Part shown: positions 17,082 through 26,321 of the stretch, piece after piece
Layout of the letters: every line of letters starts with the position of its first letter
How positions within the stretch are numbered: the first letter of the stretch is position 1
DNA from: a virus
Taxonomy: Duplodnaviria; Caudoviricetes
IMG/VR virus record: IMGVR_UViG_3300033153_009271
Location: 1-52,549 of that record
DNA length: 52,549 nucleotides
Reading direction: 5' to 3' (one strand)
Translations under genes and position numbers: made by a program
The notes under the pieces: generated by a model
Database searches by the model: none
What the model saw: the letters and a program-made list of their open reading frames with translations, nothing else
Told to the model about the DNA's origin: nothing

Positions 17082-17158
17082 TAGACCCTCTCCTGCTAGC
17101 TATCCTGCGCAGGATCAACAAGAGAGTAGCATTGTGTACATTTTTTCCCCTCCACAAT

Positions 17159-17416
17159 ATGAGTACGCGCAACCCCTATATAATGGATGACCTACGAGAC
17201 AAGCCAGAAGCTACCCACGCCGTTCTATACATTCTTACAATGGAGGATGCTCAATATTACATTGAAAGACATCTAGGGCGAGAACCTACACGCAAGGAGC
17301 TAGACGAAATGGAGAGCAGCATCCGCAAGGGCGTAGAGAGTGGGTTAGAGTGTTGGGATGAAGTAATGAATACCGCATGTGAAATTGCAGTAGATAATTT
17401 GTTGAAGGCCAATTAG
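17159..17416 (+). CDS. Hypothetical protein
   Basis: ORF with C/T-rich leader. Confidence 0.65.
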   Translation: MSTRNPYIMDDLRDKPEATHAVLYILTMEDAQYYIERHLGREPTRKELDEMESSIRKGVESGLECWDEVMNTACEIAVDNLLKAN

Positions 17417-17756
17417 GTACTAAACTACCTAGAAAACTTTTTACGAGCTTAGAACGCATTGAGAGAAGCCGAATTTGCCACTTTACCCCTCAGCGTAGCA
17501 ATGTGCCGGGGAGGCTGGAGCGATCTGCTTCCGTGCTTAGAGCACGGTATCGTACTGCCCAGTGTTTATAGCTCAAAGAGTACGGAAAAGAAAAGCACAA
17601 GTGCTCCTCCCCATACGATCATATGTTGCAACGTTTGCATGAGTCAGGGGAGTAAAGGGCACAAGTGCATTTAATTTCTTTGATCTTGCGTACACGTTTC
17701 CCGGCAGTACGCTCCATGACTTCACTTACACTTAGGGGGAGCTTGAGGGTGCGTTG

Positions 17757-17793
17757 TAGTGGTTGTGGTGCTGCAAGAGACATAGGGAGCTAT
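17757..17793. repeat. Direct repeat B, copy 1 (37 bp)
   Basis: tagtggttgtggtgctgcaagagacatagggagctat, identical to 18113-18149. Confidence 0.95.
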
Positions 17794-17808
17794 GTGTGAA
17801 TAGACTCC

Positions 17809-18057
17809 TCACGTGGTGAACTTCTTGTAAGTGGCAAGAGAACAGGAGGCGCCATGATCTTCTAGTACACCTATTGTGACAGTGGGTATACCTTTCTCAG
17901 TAGGGGGATTTCCTTTCCAGTACATTTCTGTGTGAGGGTTTTTATTGGATACATCTTCGACACATGAGCCATCTTCATAGGCTCGTACGATTACTACAGC
18001 ATCAGGGCTTTCTTTTGTAAGCTTCTTAATAAGCTCTTTAACTAGCAATGGGGACAT
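17809..18057 (-). CDS. Hypothetical protein in a repeat-bounded cassette
   Basis: LVKELIKKL....PDAVV N-terminus typical of small phage proteins. Confidence 0.7.
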   Translation of the reverse strand: MSPLLVKELIKKLTKESPDAVVIVRAYEDGSCVEDVSNKNPHTEMYWKGNPPTEKGIPTVTIGVLEDHGASCSLATYKKFTT

Positions 18058-18076
18058 AAGAGTAGATGTAGTAGGA

Positions 18077-18114
18077 AGTAAAGAGAGTATAAAGATATTT
18101 TACTGCTGTTAATA
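18077..18114. repeat. Direct repeat A, copy 1 (38 bp; minus-strand promoter-like)
   Basis: agtaaagagagtataaagatattttactgctgttaata, identical to 18413-18450; contains TATACT on the minus strand. Confidence 0.95.
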
Positions 18115-18149
18115 GTGGTTGTGGTGCTGCAAGAGACATAGGGAGCTAT
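18113..18149. repeat. Direct repeat B, copy 2
   Basis: Identical to 17757-17793. Confidence 0.95.
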
Positions 18150-18161
18150 ACGTACGGTCAC

Positions 18162-18395
18162 TTAACCAGGACATATAAATGCGGACGGTGTAGTGTGGAC
18201 GGTGAATTGGTCAGGTGGAAAGGAGTTCATTGAGTGATTAGCCTCAGCTCTGATGAGCTTGAGCGCTTGTTCTAAGCTGGTGGCAAGGACACAGATCATC
18301 CCAGTAGAAGAACAATCTGGTAGCACACCCTCGCCTTCCCAGACGTAGAGCTTTAGTTTGGGAGGCGATAGTTTAGCTATGGCGTTCTTTATCAT
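18162..18395 (-). CDS. Hypothetical protein in a repeat-bounded cassette
   Basis: Start MIKNA at 18395 just downstream of repeat A. Confidence 0.68.
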   Translation of the reverse strand: MIKNAIAKLSPPKLKLYVWEGEGVLPDCSSTGMICVLATSLEQALKLIRAEANHSMNSFPPDQFTVHTTPSAFICPG

Positions 18396-18412
18396 AGAGT
18401 GTGTGGGGTATG

Positions 18413-18450
18413 AGTAAAGAGAGTATAAAGATATTTTACTGCTGTTAATA
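18413..18450. repeat. Direct repeat A, copy 2
   Basis: Identical to 18077-18114. Confidence 0.95.
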
Positions 18451-18498
18451 ATGGAATACACTTGCGTTTGAGTATGAGAGTGGTGTAGCTTTAGGAAC

Positions 18499-18951
18499 AT
18501 GCCAAGAAAGAACGCATTAGGCAAGAAACAAAGGATTTTTGCAATGGAAAGTTTGAAAGGTAGCAATGCTGGGGTGATAGCAAAGACTAAAGGGAGTGGA
18601 TTTGAGCATAGGTCAAGTAGAGACATGAAAGTCATGTTGCCGGTGAATCAGGCTATGAGGGCAAAGATAAGGCAATTGGATTTGATATTGGAGGAGCTTG
18701 AGGCTTTAGCTAAGGAGCCGTGGAATCTAGGAGAGAAGATGCGGAACAGTGACAAGATCAAGGTCATTGAGTTGTTGATGAAGTATCATGGAGTGTTGGG
18801 AGGCGATGCAGTAGCAAACATCACACAGAACATTTTAAACGTGAATACCAAGGAACAAGGTGAGGATGAACTAGTCCAAGCACTAGAAGCCTTGCGGACT
18901 AAGCGTAAGGCAATAGAACACAATGATGATGTTAAGTCAAGCGCATCGTAG
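18499..18951 (+). CDS. Probable terminase small subunit
   Basis: Basic N-terminus, SDKIKVIELLMKYHG motif, position upstream of TerL. Confidence 0.6.
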   Translation: MPRKNALGKKQRIFAMESLKGSNAGVIAKTKGSGFEHRSSRDMKVMLPVNQAMRAKIRQLDLILEELEALAKEPWNLGEKMRNSDKIKVIELLMKYHGVLGGDAVANITQNILNVNTKEQGEDELVQALEALRTKRKAIEHNDDVKSSAS

Positions 18952-19231
18952 GCAGGAGGGTGGGAGAGTGAGACTACCGCACAGGAGCAGTAGGAACGAT
19001 CTGCACCCGTCCGTAGCGGACGGTATATAAGAGTCCTCCTTATTATTCTATTGTTGTCTGTTATGCTCTGGGGAGAGAACAAGGGACTCAAGGAAGTAGC
19101 TCCATCCTCTCCTACATACCCCTAAAATACTTTCCCTTGCGCCACTATCGATAATGTTTTATAGTATTATTGCATGGTTATAGGATATTACCACCCACCC
19201 ATCTACTTACCCACTTTACCCACCTACTATC

Positions 19232-19474
19232 ATGCCTTTACAGCCTAATCTACCAGAGACAGCATTTATCGTAATTGTCAAGGACATAACTATATCGTCT
19301 GCAGAAAAAAATCCTCCACCTTCTCACTACTTCCTGTTCGCTAACAGCAAAGCGGACGCTCTTCAGACAATACAGGAATATATTGAAGGGGATCATGTGC
19401 TCACTTCATATCAATATACCGTGCGCTCGGCACCCGTTTGTGGTGGCAGCGCTATGACCATTTACGCTATCTAA
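19232..19474 (+). CDS. Hypothetical protein
   Basis: ORF with C-rich leader. Confidence 0.6.
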   Translation: MPLQPNLPETAFIVIVKDITISSAEKNPPPSHYFLFANSKADALQTIQEYIEGDHVLTSYQYTVRSAPVCGGSAMTIYAI

Positions 19475-19585
19475 CAAGGGTGGGCCCCCCGCAAATTATC
19501 ATATATACTTCATACGTGCTTCGGAGGCATAGCTAGCCCTGATGCATGAGTACGATTTATACTTACCCCCCTCTCCAGCTAAGTG

Positions 19586-19744
19586 ATGAGCAGCAGACGT
19601 CTTAAGAAATGGCCGGGTAAAAAGGTCCACCGAGGAAAGTGGAACCGTATTGATAGCTGGTCTGGCAAGCTGGACACTGAAGAGGAGCGTACTGCTGATG
19701 AAATAAAAGAATACTTTAATGTTGAACCTGCTGGCATAATCTGA
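19586..19744 (+). CDS. Small hypothetical protein (52 aa)
   Basis: MSSRRLKKWPGKKVHRGKWNRIDSW..; C-rich leader. Confidence 0.45.
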   Translation: MSSRRLKKWPGKKVHRGKWNRIDSWSGKLDTEEERTADEIKEYFNVEPAGII

Positions 19745-19789
19745 TGAGAGCCTTATAATGGTTATGTTATATTTTTCCCCATTTTTCTT

Positions 19790-19888
19790 ATGTTTGCTGA
19801 TGAAGAAACCCCGGTGGAGGCACCTGCGCAGGACACTCCGGAGAGAGCTCCGGGGGATGCGGTTGCCAAAGAGCCCAGTAAGGAATAA
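19790..19888 (+). CDS. Small acidic, Pro-rich peptide (32 aa)
   Basis: MFADEETPVEAPAQDTPERAPGDAVAKEPSKE; pyrimidine leader with TATAAT upstream. Confidence 0.5.
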   Translation: MFADEETPVEAPAQDTPERAPGDAVAKEPSKE

Positions 19889-19976
19889 AGTCTAAGAGCC
19901 CTGACTGGTAGGTAACAGTCTTGGTGTAGCTTGGTGATTCAGCTTGGTGGAGCACGGGGTCTGCAACCCCAGAGAG

Positions 19977-20002
19977 GCCCGGATTTTCCTCCGGGCTTTT
20001 TC
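19977..20002 (+). terminator. Intrinsic terminator
   Basis: GCCCGGA-TTTTCC-TCCGGGC-TTTTT. Confidence 0.8.
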
Positions 20003-20039
20003 TGTATGGTGGAATGAGGGACGGCGGAGGGAAGGAGCA

Positions 20040-20390
20040 ACTGACGCTTAAGGAAGGCCCTCTAGATGGGGGGGTGGAGCGTTCTGATTAATTTTTATCG
20101 TTCTGCTTATTTTTTTAAAAATGTAAACTTGATTTATTATTATATTTAGTGTAGTTTTCCAGCGAGCGCGAGGCGACGCGTCGCTCGTCCTCGTCACTCC
20201 GGAGTCTCCTACACTCCTCGTTCCTCGCTCCGCTACGCCTCCCCCACGGAAGTGGGGGGCGCTAGGCTGACAGCGGCGCAAACCGAAGCGCGAGCTGGAA
20301 TAATAATATTAAAATTTTAAAGTGTTTGACAAAAAAAGAAAATATTATAAGAAGAGATTGTAAGAAAAGCAGTACGCTCGTACTCTGTAT
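20040..20390. other. Non-coding origin-like region
   Basis: GC-rich palindromic core 20157-20300 bounded by TTCCAGC/GCTGGAA, AT-rich flanks, three CGTWCTG(C/A)TT motifs. Confidence 0.45.
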
Positions 20391-20417
20391 GGTGTGTATT
20401 TCCTACCAACACTCATT

Positions 20418-20672
20418 ATGAAATTGAAGAATGTCGTCCTGAATCCTAACGAAGAATATGACGATGAATGCAGCTTCGAAGTTGTAGGTAAGGCTGAGAT
20501 AGATAAGGATGGTGTTGCGAGAGTTGTTATCAGGACTCTCCCGCTCTTGGAACATGAGAAAAAGCTCCGTGCGGCCTATGAATGGAGAGAGAGCCTACGA
20601 AGCTTTGTAGAAGGGGCTGAGAAGAATAAAGAGGATCGTGTGTCTATTAAGTTATTACATTCGCTATTATGA
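20418..20672 (+). CDS. Hypothetical protein
   Basis: ORF coupled to the next gene. Confidence 0.65.
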   Translation: MKLKNVVLNPNEEYDDECSFEVVGKAEIDKDGVARVVIRTLPLLEHEKKLRAAYEWRESLRSFVEGAEKNKEDRVSIKLLHSLL

Positions 20673-20920
20673 GAAAATGGTGTAAAGGCATCAAAACACT
20701 GAGTGGGGCATTTCGGGTGTACTCATGTGAGACATGCGGCAGGAAGTTTTGGAGTCGTCCTACAAGCCCAAGAACGAAACATTACTGCCGGAAGCATTAC
20801 AGTGGAGTAGGGGTGGCGCCGTATCGTGAGTACACCGAGCAAGATGAGAGAAATAGGCTGGAGAGGCTTGCAAGGCAAGGGGTGAAGGTGTTTAATGTGA
20901 ATGTACCTTTGACAGTATAA
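20669..20920 (+). CDS. Small zinc-finger-like protein
   Basis: CETCG..YCRKH. Confidence 0.6.
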   Translation: MRKWCKGIKTLSGAFRVYSCETCGRKFWSRPTSPRTKHYCRKHYSGVGVAPYREYTEQDERNRLERLARQGVKVFNVNVPLTV

Positions 20921-21075
20921 CCGTTTTAAAGACGGATGATCTTACCAATAGATCAGCTCCTCCACCAATCCCTGTACAGATATGTCGAACTTACCTCTCC
21001 AATCGTTATAGTCCTTGGCTCGACCGCGAATTGTTAAGTAGCATAAAAAGTGGATAAATGATACAATGCCCGGCA

Positions 21076-21351
21076 ATGAGGTTCCCAACTGATGTCATTT
21101 GGACCGCTTTAGCCGCTGCTGGTGGAATTGCGAAGCAATTGCATATCTATGTGCGGACTGGAGAATTCAGCTGGCCTCTTTTGATTGCCAGGGCAGTCAG
21201 CTCAGGGTTCTCAGGATACATGGTGGCTTCTGCTATGAGCATCGTGCGGCCTGAATATGCAATGGTTGCGGCTGGTGTTGGCGGGTATATAGGAGCGGAG
21301 GCTATGGATTTTCTCTACTCAGGTGTCAAAGCCTACTTCTCCAGGAATTAA
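21076..21351 (+). CDS. Holin-like membrane protein (LydA-like)
   Basis: Three hydrophobic segments; AAAGGIAK..SGFSG..AGVGGYIG; extended -10 TGATACAAT 8 nt upstream. Confidence 0.7.
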   Translation: MRFPTDVIWTALAAAGGIAKQLHIYVRTGEFSWPLLIARAVSSGFSGYMVASAMSIVRPEYAMVAAGVGGYIGAEAMDFLYSGVKAYFSRN

Positions 21352-21425
21352 AGTCCTTATCCTCGTACACCTAGTGTTAATAGGGATATTGTGTGTTACA
21401 CTCGTAATCAGCCTACCATGAACTT

Positions 21426-23798
21426 ATGTCAATTCAACACGTCGCTAAGAACCTTAATGCACAGACTGCGGAGCATAAAATCCTTGAAATTGAAGAAGAA
21501 CTTACCCGCATCAAGCTTGGAAGGCTTAAACTTCGGTACTTTATCGAGTACTGTTTCTCTCAATATCAGCACGCAAAGCATCACTCTATCCTCTGTGAGC
21601 ATCTTGAAGGACTCGAAAGGTATGTAGCGAGTGATGGGAAGGAGGGTATCGGTAGACTTATTGTCACGTTGCCGCCCCGGCACGGGAAGAGTTTGCACGT
21701 GTCTTGGTTCTTTCCAGCTTGGTTTTTAGGGCGTAATCCAGATAAACGTGTTATGATCTGTAGCCATGGAGCAGAACTTGCCGAAGGTTTTTCTGGGAAA
21801 GTGCGTAGTCTCGTTGAGACCACCGAATATCAAAAGCTCTTCGGTAAGATGGCGACGAAGAATAACATCCCGCACCCCATCACCCTCGATCCTGACACAC
21901 GCAGCAAACAAGCATGGGATATCGCTGGAAGATATGGAGGAGTGTTTGCTGCTGGAGTTGGAGGCCCTATTACAGGACGCGGTGCAGACATCCTTATCAT
22001 TGACGACCCGATCAAGAACAGAGAGGAGGCAGATTCTGAGACTGTTAGATCAAATATTAAGGATTGGTTTACGTCAACAGCATTCACAAGACTCCAACCG
22101 GGAGCAGCAGTAATTATTATGATGTGTATGACGGGGGATACGCCTGTTTTGATGTGGGACGGAACAGAGAAGCCATTGAAGAATATCAAGGTTGGGGACT
22201 ATGTTGCGACTCACGACAACGGGCGCATCACAACAGCTCGGATTATGAATTGGAAGAATCAAGGTCTTGATTTATGCTATGAAATCAAGATGAGTTCTGG
22301 TATAACTGTTAAAGCAAACAAGAGACATCCGTTTCTCGTTCGGCGTAACGGTAAACAAGAATGGGTACGACTAAAGAATCTCAAGATAGGCGACAACATC
22401 CTGCGGGCTATTGGGGCAAGTGGAAAGGTAAATTATGCTCAGCAGAAGGCTGTGATAAGCCAGCAAAATGTAAGGGATACTGCGATTCACACTATAACAA
22501 GCAGCGGTGGAAAGATGGTGTTCGTCCACCTTCGAACAATCCCCGTTCGAATCGCGAGGCACGTTTGCGATACCGTTATGGTATTGGCGTCGACGAGTAC
22601 GAAGCAATGGTCGAGGTTCAGGGGGGGCGTTGCGCAATTTGCAACAAGCTTCCCGATACCCAGGCCAAAGTGTACAGGAATCGACGACTCTTTGTTGACC
22701 ACTGTCATAACACAAAACAGGTTAGAGGGTTGCTCTGCAACAATTGCAACCTCGTCATTGGATATGGTAAAACAGAAGCTAATCTGCTTGCAGCCGCTCG
22801 ATACTTACGAGATCGTTCCTGATACTATTGCATCAATAAAACCTGTTGGTAGAGAGGATGTATTTGATATTCAGGTAGATAGAACAGAAAACTTTATTGC
22901 TAACGGATTGATTAGCCACAATACTCGATGGCACGAAGATGATCTCATTGGATGGCTTCTTTCTGAGAAAAATGAGAACAATACGTGGAAGTTGTTAAAT
23001 TTCCCCGCAATTGCTGAGGATAATGATGCCTTTAGGGCGCCTGGGGAGGCTTTGTGGCCTGAGTGGTTTTCACTTGAATATCTGGAACAGAACTACAAGA
23101 CGCTTCTCCCGCCGCGGGACTGGAATGCGATGTACCAACAACGTCCTACCAGTGATGAAGGAGAAGTGTTTATTAGAGATTGGTTCGTGTACGGCAACCT
23201 TCCTGAAAAGGATGAAATCAGCTACGCCCTGCAGGTCTGGGATTGTGCTCTTACAGAGAAGGATGAGGGAGATTATAGTGCTGGAGTAACTATGTTCGTT
23301 ACGAAGAGCGGAGTGTTTGTAGCAGATGTAGTCCGTGGACACTGGAACTTCCCAACTTTGAAACAGAAAATGTTCGAACAATATGAATATTGGTCAAGAC
23401 ATCACCGTGTCTCCAGAGTGTGTATTGAGAATAGGGTAGCAGGACAGTCTATGATCCAATCATTGAAGAAAGAGTCAAGTCTTCCTATTATCCCAATGGA
23501 ACCTGAATCTCGGCTGGGAAGATCCAAACGTCTACGAGCTGAAGCGGTAGCAGGTTATGTACAGTCTGGACGTGTGATCTTTCGAAAGAACGCTCCGTTC
23601 CTGCATGACTTCGAACATGAACTTCTGAGCTTTCCCCATGGAAAACACGACGATATGGTGGATGCATTTGTTTATGGTTTAATACAAGTTCAGGGTGGCG
23701 GAAGAGCGACACGTAGTGTTGTTCAAAAACACAAGAACCGTATGATGAATATGGGTGGTAGAAGGGATCGACTCTCGTTGTTAGTTGGAGGACTTTGA
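21426..23798 (+). CDS. terL: Terminase large subunit containing an intein
   Basis: LPPRHGKS Walker A, ITGRGADILIIDDP Walker B, TRWHEDD, C-terminal nuclease with HDDMVDA. Confidence 0.95.
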   Translation: MSIQHVAKNLNAQTAEHKILEIEEELTRIKLGRLKLRYFIEYCFSQYQHAKHHSILCEHLEGLERYVASDGKEGIGRLIVTLPPRHGKSLHVSWFFPAWFLGRNPDKRVMICSHGAELAEGFSGKVRSLVETTEYQKLFGKMATKNNIPHPITLDPDTRSKQAWDIAGRYGGVFAAGVGGPITGRGADILIIDDPIKNREEADSETVRSNIKDWFTSTAFTRLQPGAAVIIMMCMTGDTPVLMWDGTEKPLKNIKVGDYVATHDNGRITTARIMNWKNQGLDLCYEIKMSSGITVKANKRHPFLVRRNGKQEWVRLKNLKIGDNILRAIGASGKVNYAQQKAVISQQNVRDTAIHTITSSGGKMVFVHLRTIPVRIARHVCDTVMVLASTSTKQWSRFRGGVAQFATSFPIPRPKCTGIDDSLLTTVITQNRLEGCSATIATSSLDMVKQKLICLQPLDTYEIVPDTIASIKPVGREDVFDIQVDRTENFIANGLISHNTRWHEDDLIGWLLSEKNENNTWKLLNFPAIAEDNDAFRAPGEALWPEWFSLEYLEQNYKTLLPPRDWNAMYQQRPTSDEGEVFIRDWFVYGNLPEKDEISYALQVWDCALTEKDEGDYSAGVTMFVTKSGVFVADVVRGHWNFPTLKQKMFEQYEYWSRHHRVSRVCIENRVAGQSMIQSLKKESSLPIIPMEPESRLGRSKRLRAEAVAGYVQSGRVIFRKNAPFLHDFEHELLSFPHGKHDDMVDAFVYGLIQVQGGGRATRSVVQKHKNRMMNMGGRRDRLSLLVGGL
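22125..22922 (+). mobile_element. Intein (266 aa) in TerL
   Basis: CMTGDTPV block A, ANKRHPF block B, VFDIQV..ENFIANGLISHN/T blocks F-G; splits the M-TRW motif. Confidence 0.93.
22361..22822 (+). CDS. Endonuclease VII-type homing endonuclease overprinted inside the intein in another frame
   Basis: YGI..EYEAM...QGGRCAIC..LFVDHCH...VRGLLCNNCN..IG..AARYL; N-terminal CSAEGC..GYCDSHY. Confidence 0.88.
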   Translation: MGTTKESQDRRQHPAGYWGKWKGKLCSAEGCDKPAKCKGYCDSHYNKQRWKDGVRPPSNNPRSNREARLRYRYGIGVDEYEAMVEVQGGRCAICNKLPDTQAKVYRNRRLFVDHCHNTKQVRGLLCNNCNLVIGYGKTEANLLAAARYLRDRS

Positions 23799-23835
23799 TT
23801 GTAAGATTGGACAGGATATGCTATAGAGTAAAGTA

Positions 23836-25932
23836 ATGGCTGAACAAGATATCACATTCAAGGCTGGTTCCCCACTTCCTGATGCAGAAGATCAGCTTAA
23901 TAAGAATGTGGGAGTATGGCCAGCCACCGAAGAAGAGAAAAAAAAGGTTATCCGAATAGTCAACAGAATCGAACAGGAAATGATACCAGCCCGCTCTGAC
24001 TTTGAGGATGAATGGGATGATGCCAGACAGACGTATGAGGCATACATCGCCCCGGTACAAAACCGACCGAACCTACGATTCCCACTGTCATATATGGTGA
24101 TTGATGCAGCGATGGCCGAGGAGGTCGATGCCTTCCCGGACATTGAGTTCGAGCCCGTTGAGGAGGATGACAAAGCGAAAATGCCTATTATAAATGCACT
24201 TAAGAAGCATATGCTCGACAGAACAAATTGGGAAAAAATCAAGATGAAAGCTCGAAGGTTGTGTCGGATCTATGGATGGTGTGTCATCAGGATTCATTAC
24301 TCAAAGGAAACACGGTGGATTAGTGAGCGTGTTCCGATGAAAGGAGATGAAGGAATCCAGATTGGTCTTAAAAAGAAGCTGGATCACCCAAAGGATGATG
24401 TGATGATAGAAGTTATTGATGATCCGCACCGATTTATGATCGATGATACGGCAACCGAACTGGATGAGGATACTGAGGATTGTGCTCTTATCACGAAGAT
24501 CAGGTGGAATAAGTTCAAGCAGAAGGTGCAGAACGATAAGCGATACAAGAATCTGAAGTATGTGAAGCCCGGTGTAACCTATAGTGTGGATTATACAAAG
24601 GGCGAGGTTGTTCCTCCTTCACAGGACATTGAAGCAGATGAGACTCAGAAGGTAGAGATGGTCGAGTACTGGAATAAGTTCACAGATGAGTACGTGATGA
24701 TTGTTAATGGTGTCATCATTAGAGATGTTCCTCTGGTAGATGACCACAAGGAGCTGCCATTTGCAGCCTTGCACATGTACCGCAGGCCACACTCCTTCTA
24801 TTCGAAGGGTGTACCGAAGCTGATTGAGTCTGTTGAGGCGGCGTATGACAAACTGCTTAACTCAGCTGTGCAAGCAACTGGTCTGGCATTCCCGATGCTC
24901 TTTACCGCAGAGGATTCCGGTATTGACCCGTATGCTCTGGCCCCATATCCCGGTGTTGTTCTTGAGAATGCGATGGGGAAGGCGGAACTGGGGCAGCTTA
25001 CTCAGGTACCACAGGAGGTATGGCAGCTCAAGCAGGAGCTTGAGACTATGCTCATCTGGCTAACCGGAGTGAACTACCAGCAAATATTCTCTCCAGAAGG
25101 AGAATCTGATCGTGTGGGTATTGAGGCACTTAAGAAGGAATCTATGCTGGGCAGGGTGAACTTTAACCTGCGGGAGAATGAATCTGATTTCATCGTGCGC
25201 ACCGGGCAATTGCTTATTCAGGATGGCCAACAGTATTATTCCACACCGTTTGTTCGTGCGATCACTGACGATCTTGATATTAAGAGCATCTCTAAGAATG
25301 ACCTGATTATTAATGATGATGGAGAGCCTGTAGGATTCTTCGAATATAGGAAGATCCCCGTTGATGCCGGTATGAAATTTGAAGAACAATTCAATAATGA
25401 CACTGGCATCTTCACTCTTGAACCGAAGATATCTGATGAGAAGAGCTACCTCCTTGCGCGTCCTGAATACATTCGTACCCATGGACGATTGAATGCCCGT
25501 CCTGTCAGACCATCTGCAATGGGAGCAAGCAAGGAGGCGAAGAAATTGTTGTTTGCTGAGGTACTGAATGTAGCACTTGATGTGAATGGAGCGGCGCGAG
25601 AAATGAATGCACAGACCGATCCAAATACAGGAGTCGTAACTCCGGGAGGGGCCATCTGGGATATACAACAACTTTCTAAGATGTACGCTGAAATCAATGA
25701 GCTTTCTGTCAAGAAAGTTATTGTCGCTGAGCAGGATGATAAACGTACAGCCGCGCAGGACGCTGCTCGCAGGATCTCGCAGTCTGTGATCCAGCCATTC
25801 AGGGATCAAAGTGCAAAACAAATGGAAATCATGAATTTTGCAAGTCAACAGAATCCATTTGCAGCAGAGCTGGGGGCGGGTACTATATCTCCTGATCAAG
25901 CTCAAGATCTTACTGCCCAATCTACCGGATGA
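23836..25932 (+). CDS. Portal protein (P22-like)
   Basis: 698 aa immediately after TerL; ELPF..SFYSKG pattern. Confidence 0.82.
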   Translation: MAEQDITFKAGSPLPDAEDQLNKNVGVWPATEEEKKKVIRIVNRIEQEMIPARSDFEDEWDDARQTYEAYIAPVQNRPNLRFPLSYMVIDAAMAEEVDAFPDIEFEPVEEDDKAKMPIINALKKHMLDRTNWEKIKMKARRLCRIYGWCVIRIHYSKETRWISERVPMKGDEGIQIGLKKKLDHPKDDVMIEVIDDPHRFMIDDTATELDEDTEDCALITKIRWNKFKQKVQNDKRYKNLKYVKPGVTYSVDYTKGEVVPPSQDIEADETQKVEMVEYWNKFTDEYVMIVNGVIIRDVPLVDDHKELPFAALHMYRRPHSFYSKGVPKLIESVEAAYDKLLNSAVQATGLAFPMLFTAEDSGIDPYALAPYPGVVLENAMGKAELGQLTQVPQEVWQLKQELETMLIWLTGVNYQQIFSPEGESDRVGIEALKKESMLGRVNFNLRENESDFIVRTGQLLIQDGQQYYSTPFVRAITDDLDIKSISKNDLIINDDGEPVGFFEYRKIPVDAGMKFEEQFNNDTGIFTLEPKISDEKSYLLARPEYIRTHGRLNARPVRPSAMGASKEAKKLLFAEVLNVALDVNGAAREMNAQTDPNTGVVTPGGAIWDIQQLSKMYAEINELSVKKVIVAEQDDKRTAAQDAARRISQSVIQPFRDQSAKQMEIMNFASQQNPFAAELGAGTISPDQAQDLTAQSTG

Positions 25933-26321
25933 TATTGATCGACTTCATAAAGCGATTACTACCGACCAAGACTATCTACGTATCAGAGACCGTGGAGATA
26001 GAACGGAAGCCCGGCTTCACAGTGGAGAAGAAGAAGCAGTTCGTGAATCTTACCAAATCAAAGCAGTTCCAGATCTTCTGGGAATACATTGCCTATAAGA
26101 TTGATTTCTTCACACGTGAGGCAATGCAGTGTGAGGATGATAGTGAGACACACGACTGGAAAACGCGGTGTCGTGCGATGGGGAAGATTATCCTCGACAA
26201 TGAGAACTACAAACGTGATATTGCACAGTCGGAGCGACCTGCGGGGATTTCTGTGCCAGAGAAGAAGAAGCGTAAGCGTTTGTTTGAATTGCCAGAGGGA
26301 ATTAATGTCAAAGAAGAATAG
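25929..26321 (+). CDS. Hypothetical protein, head module
   Basis: ATGA-coupled to the portal gene. Confidence 0.7.
   Translation: MILIDFIKRLLPTKTIYVSETVEIERKPGFTVEKKKQFVNLTKSKQFQIFWEYIAYKIDFFTREAMQCEDDSETHDWKTRCRAMGKIILDNENYKRDIAQSERPAGISVPEKKKRKRLFELPEGINVKEE

Noticed and set aside
17757-18450. CRISPR array (37-38 bp repeats)
   Set aside because: Only two copies of each repeat, separated by about 300 bp of coding DNA; no cas genes
19923-19996. Functional tRNA gene
   Set aside because: No acceptor stem, no TTC T-loop and no CCA; kept only as a tRNA-like fragment
25060-25920. Long antisense ORF (286 aa) in the portal gene
   Set aside because: No recognisable motifs; typical antisense shadow ORF
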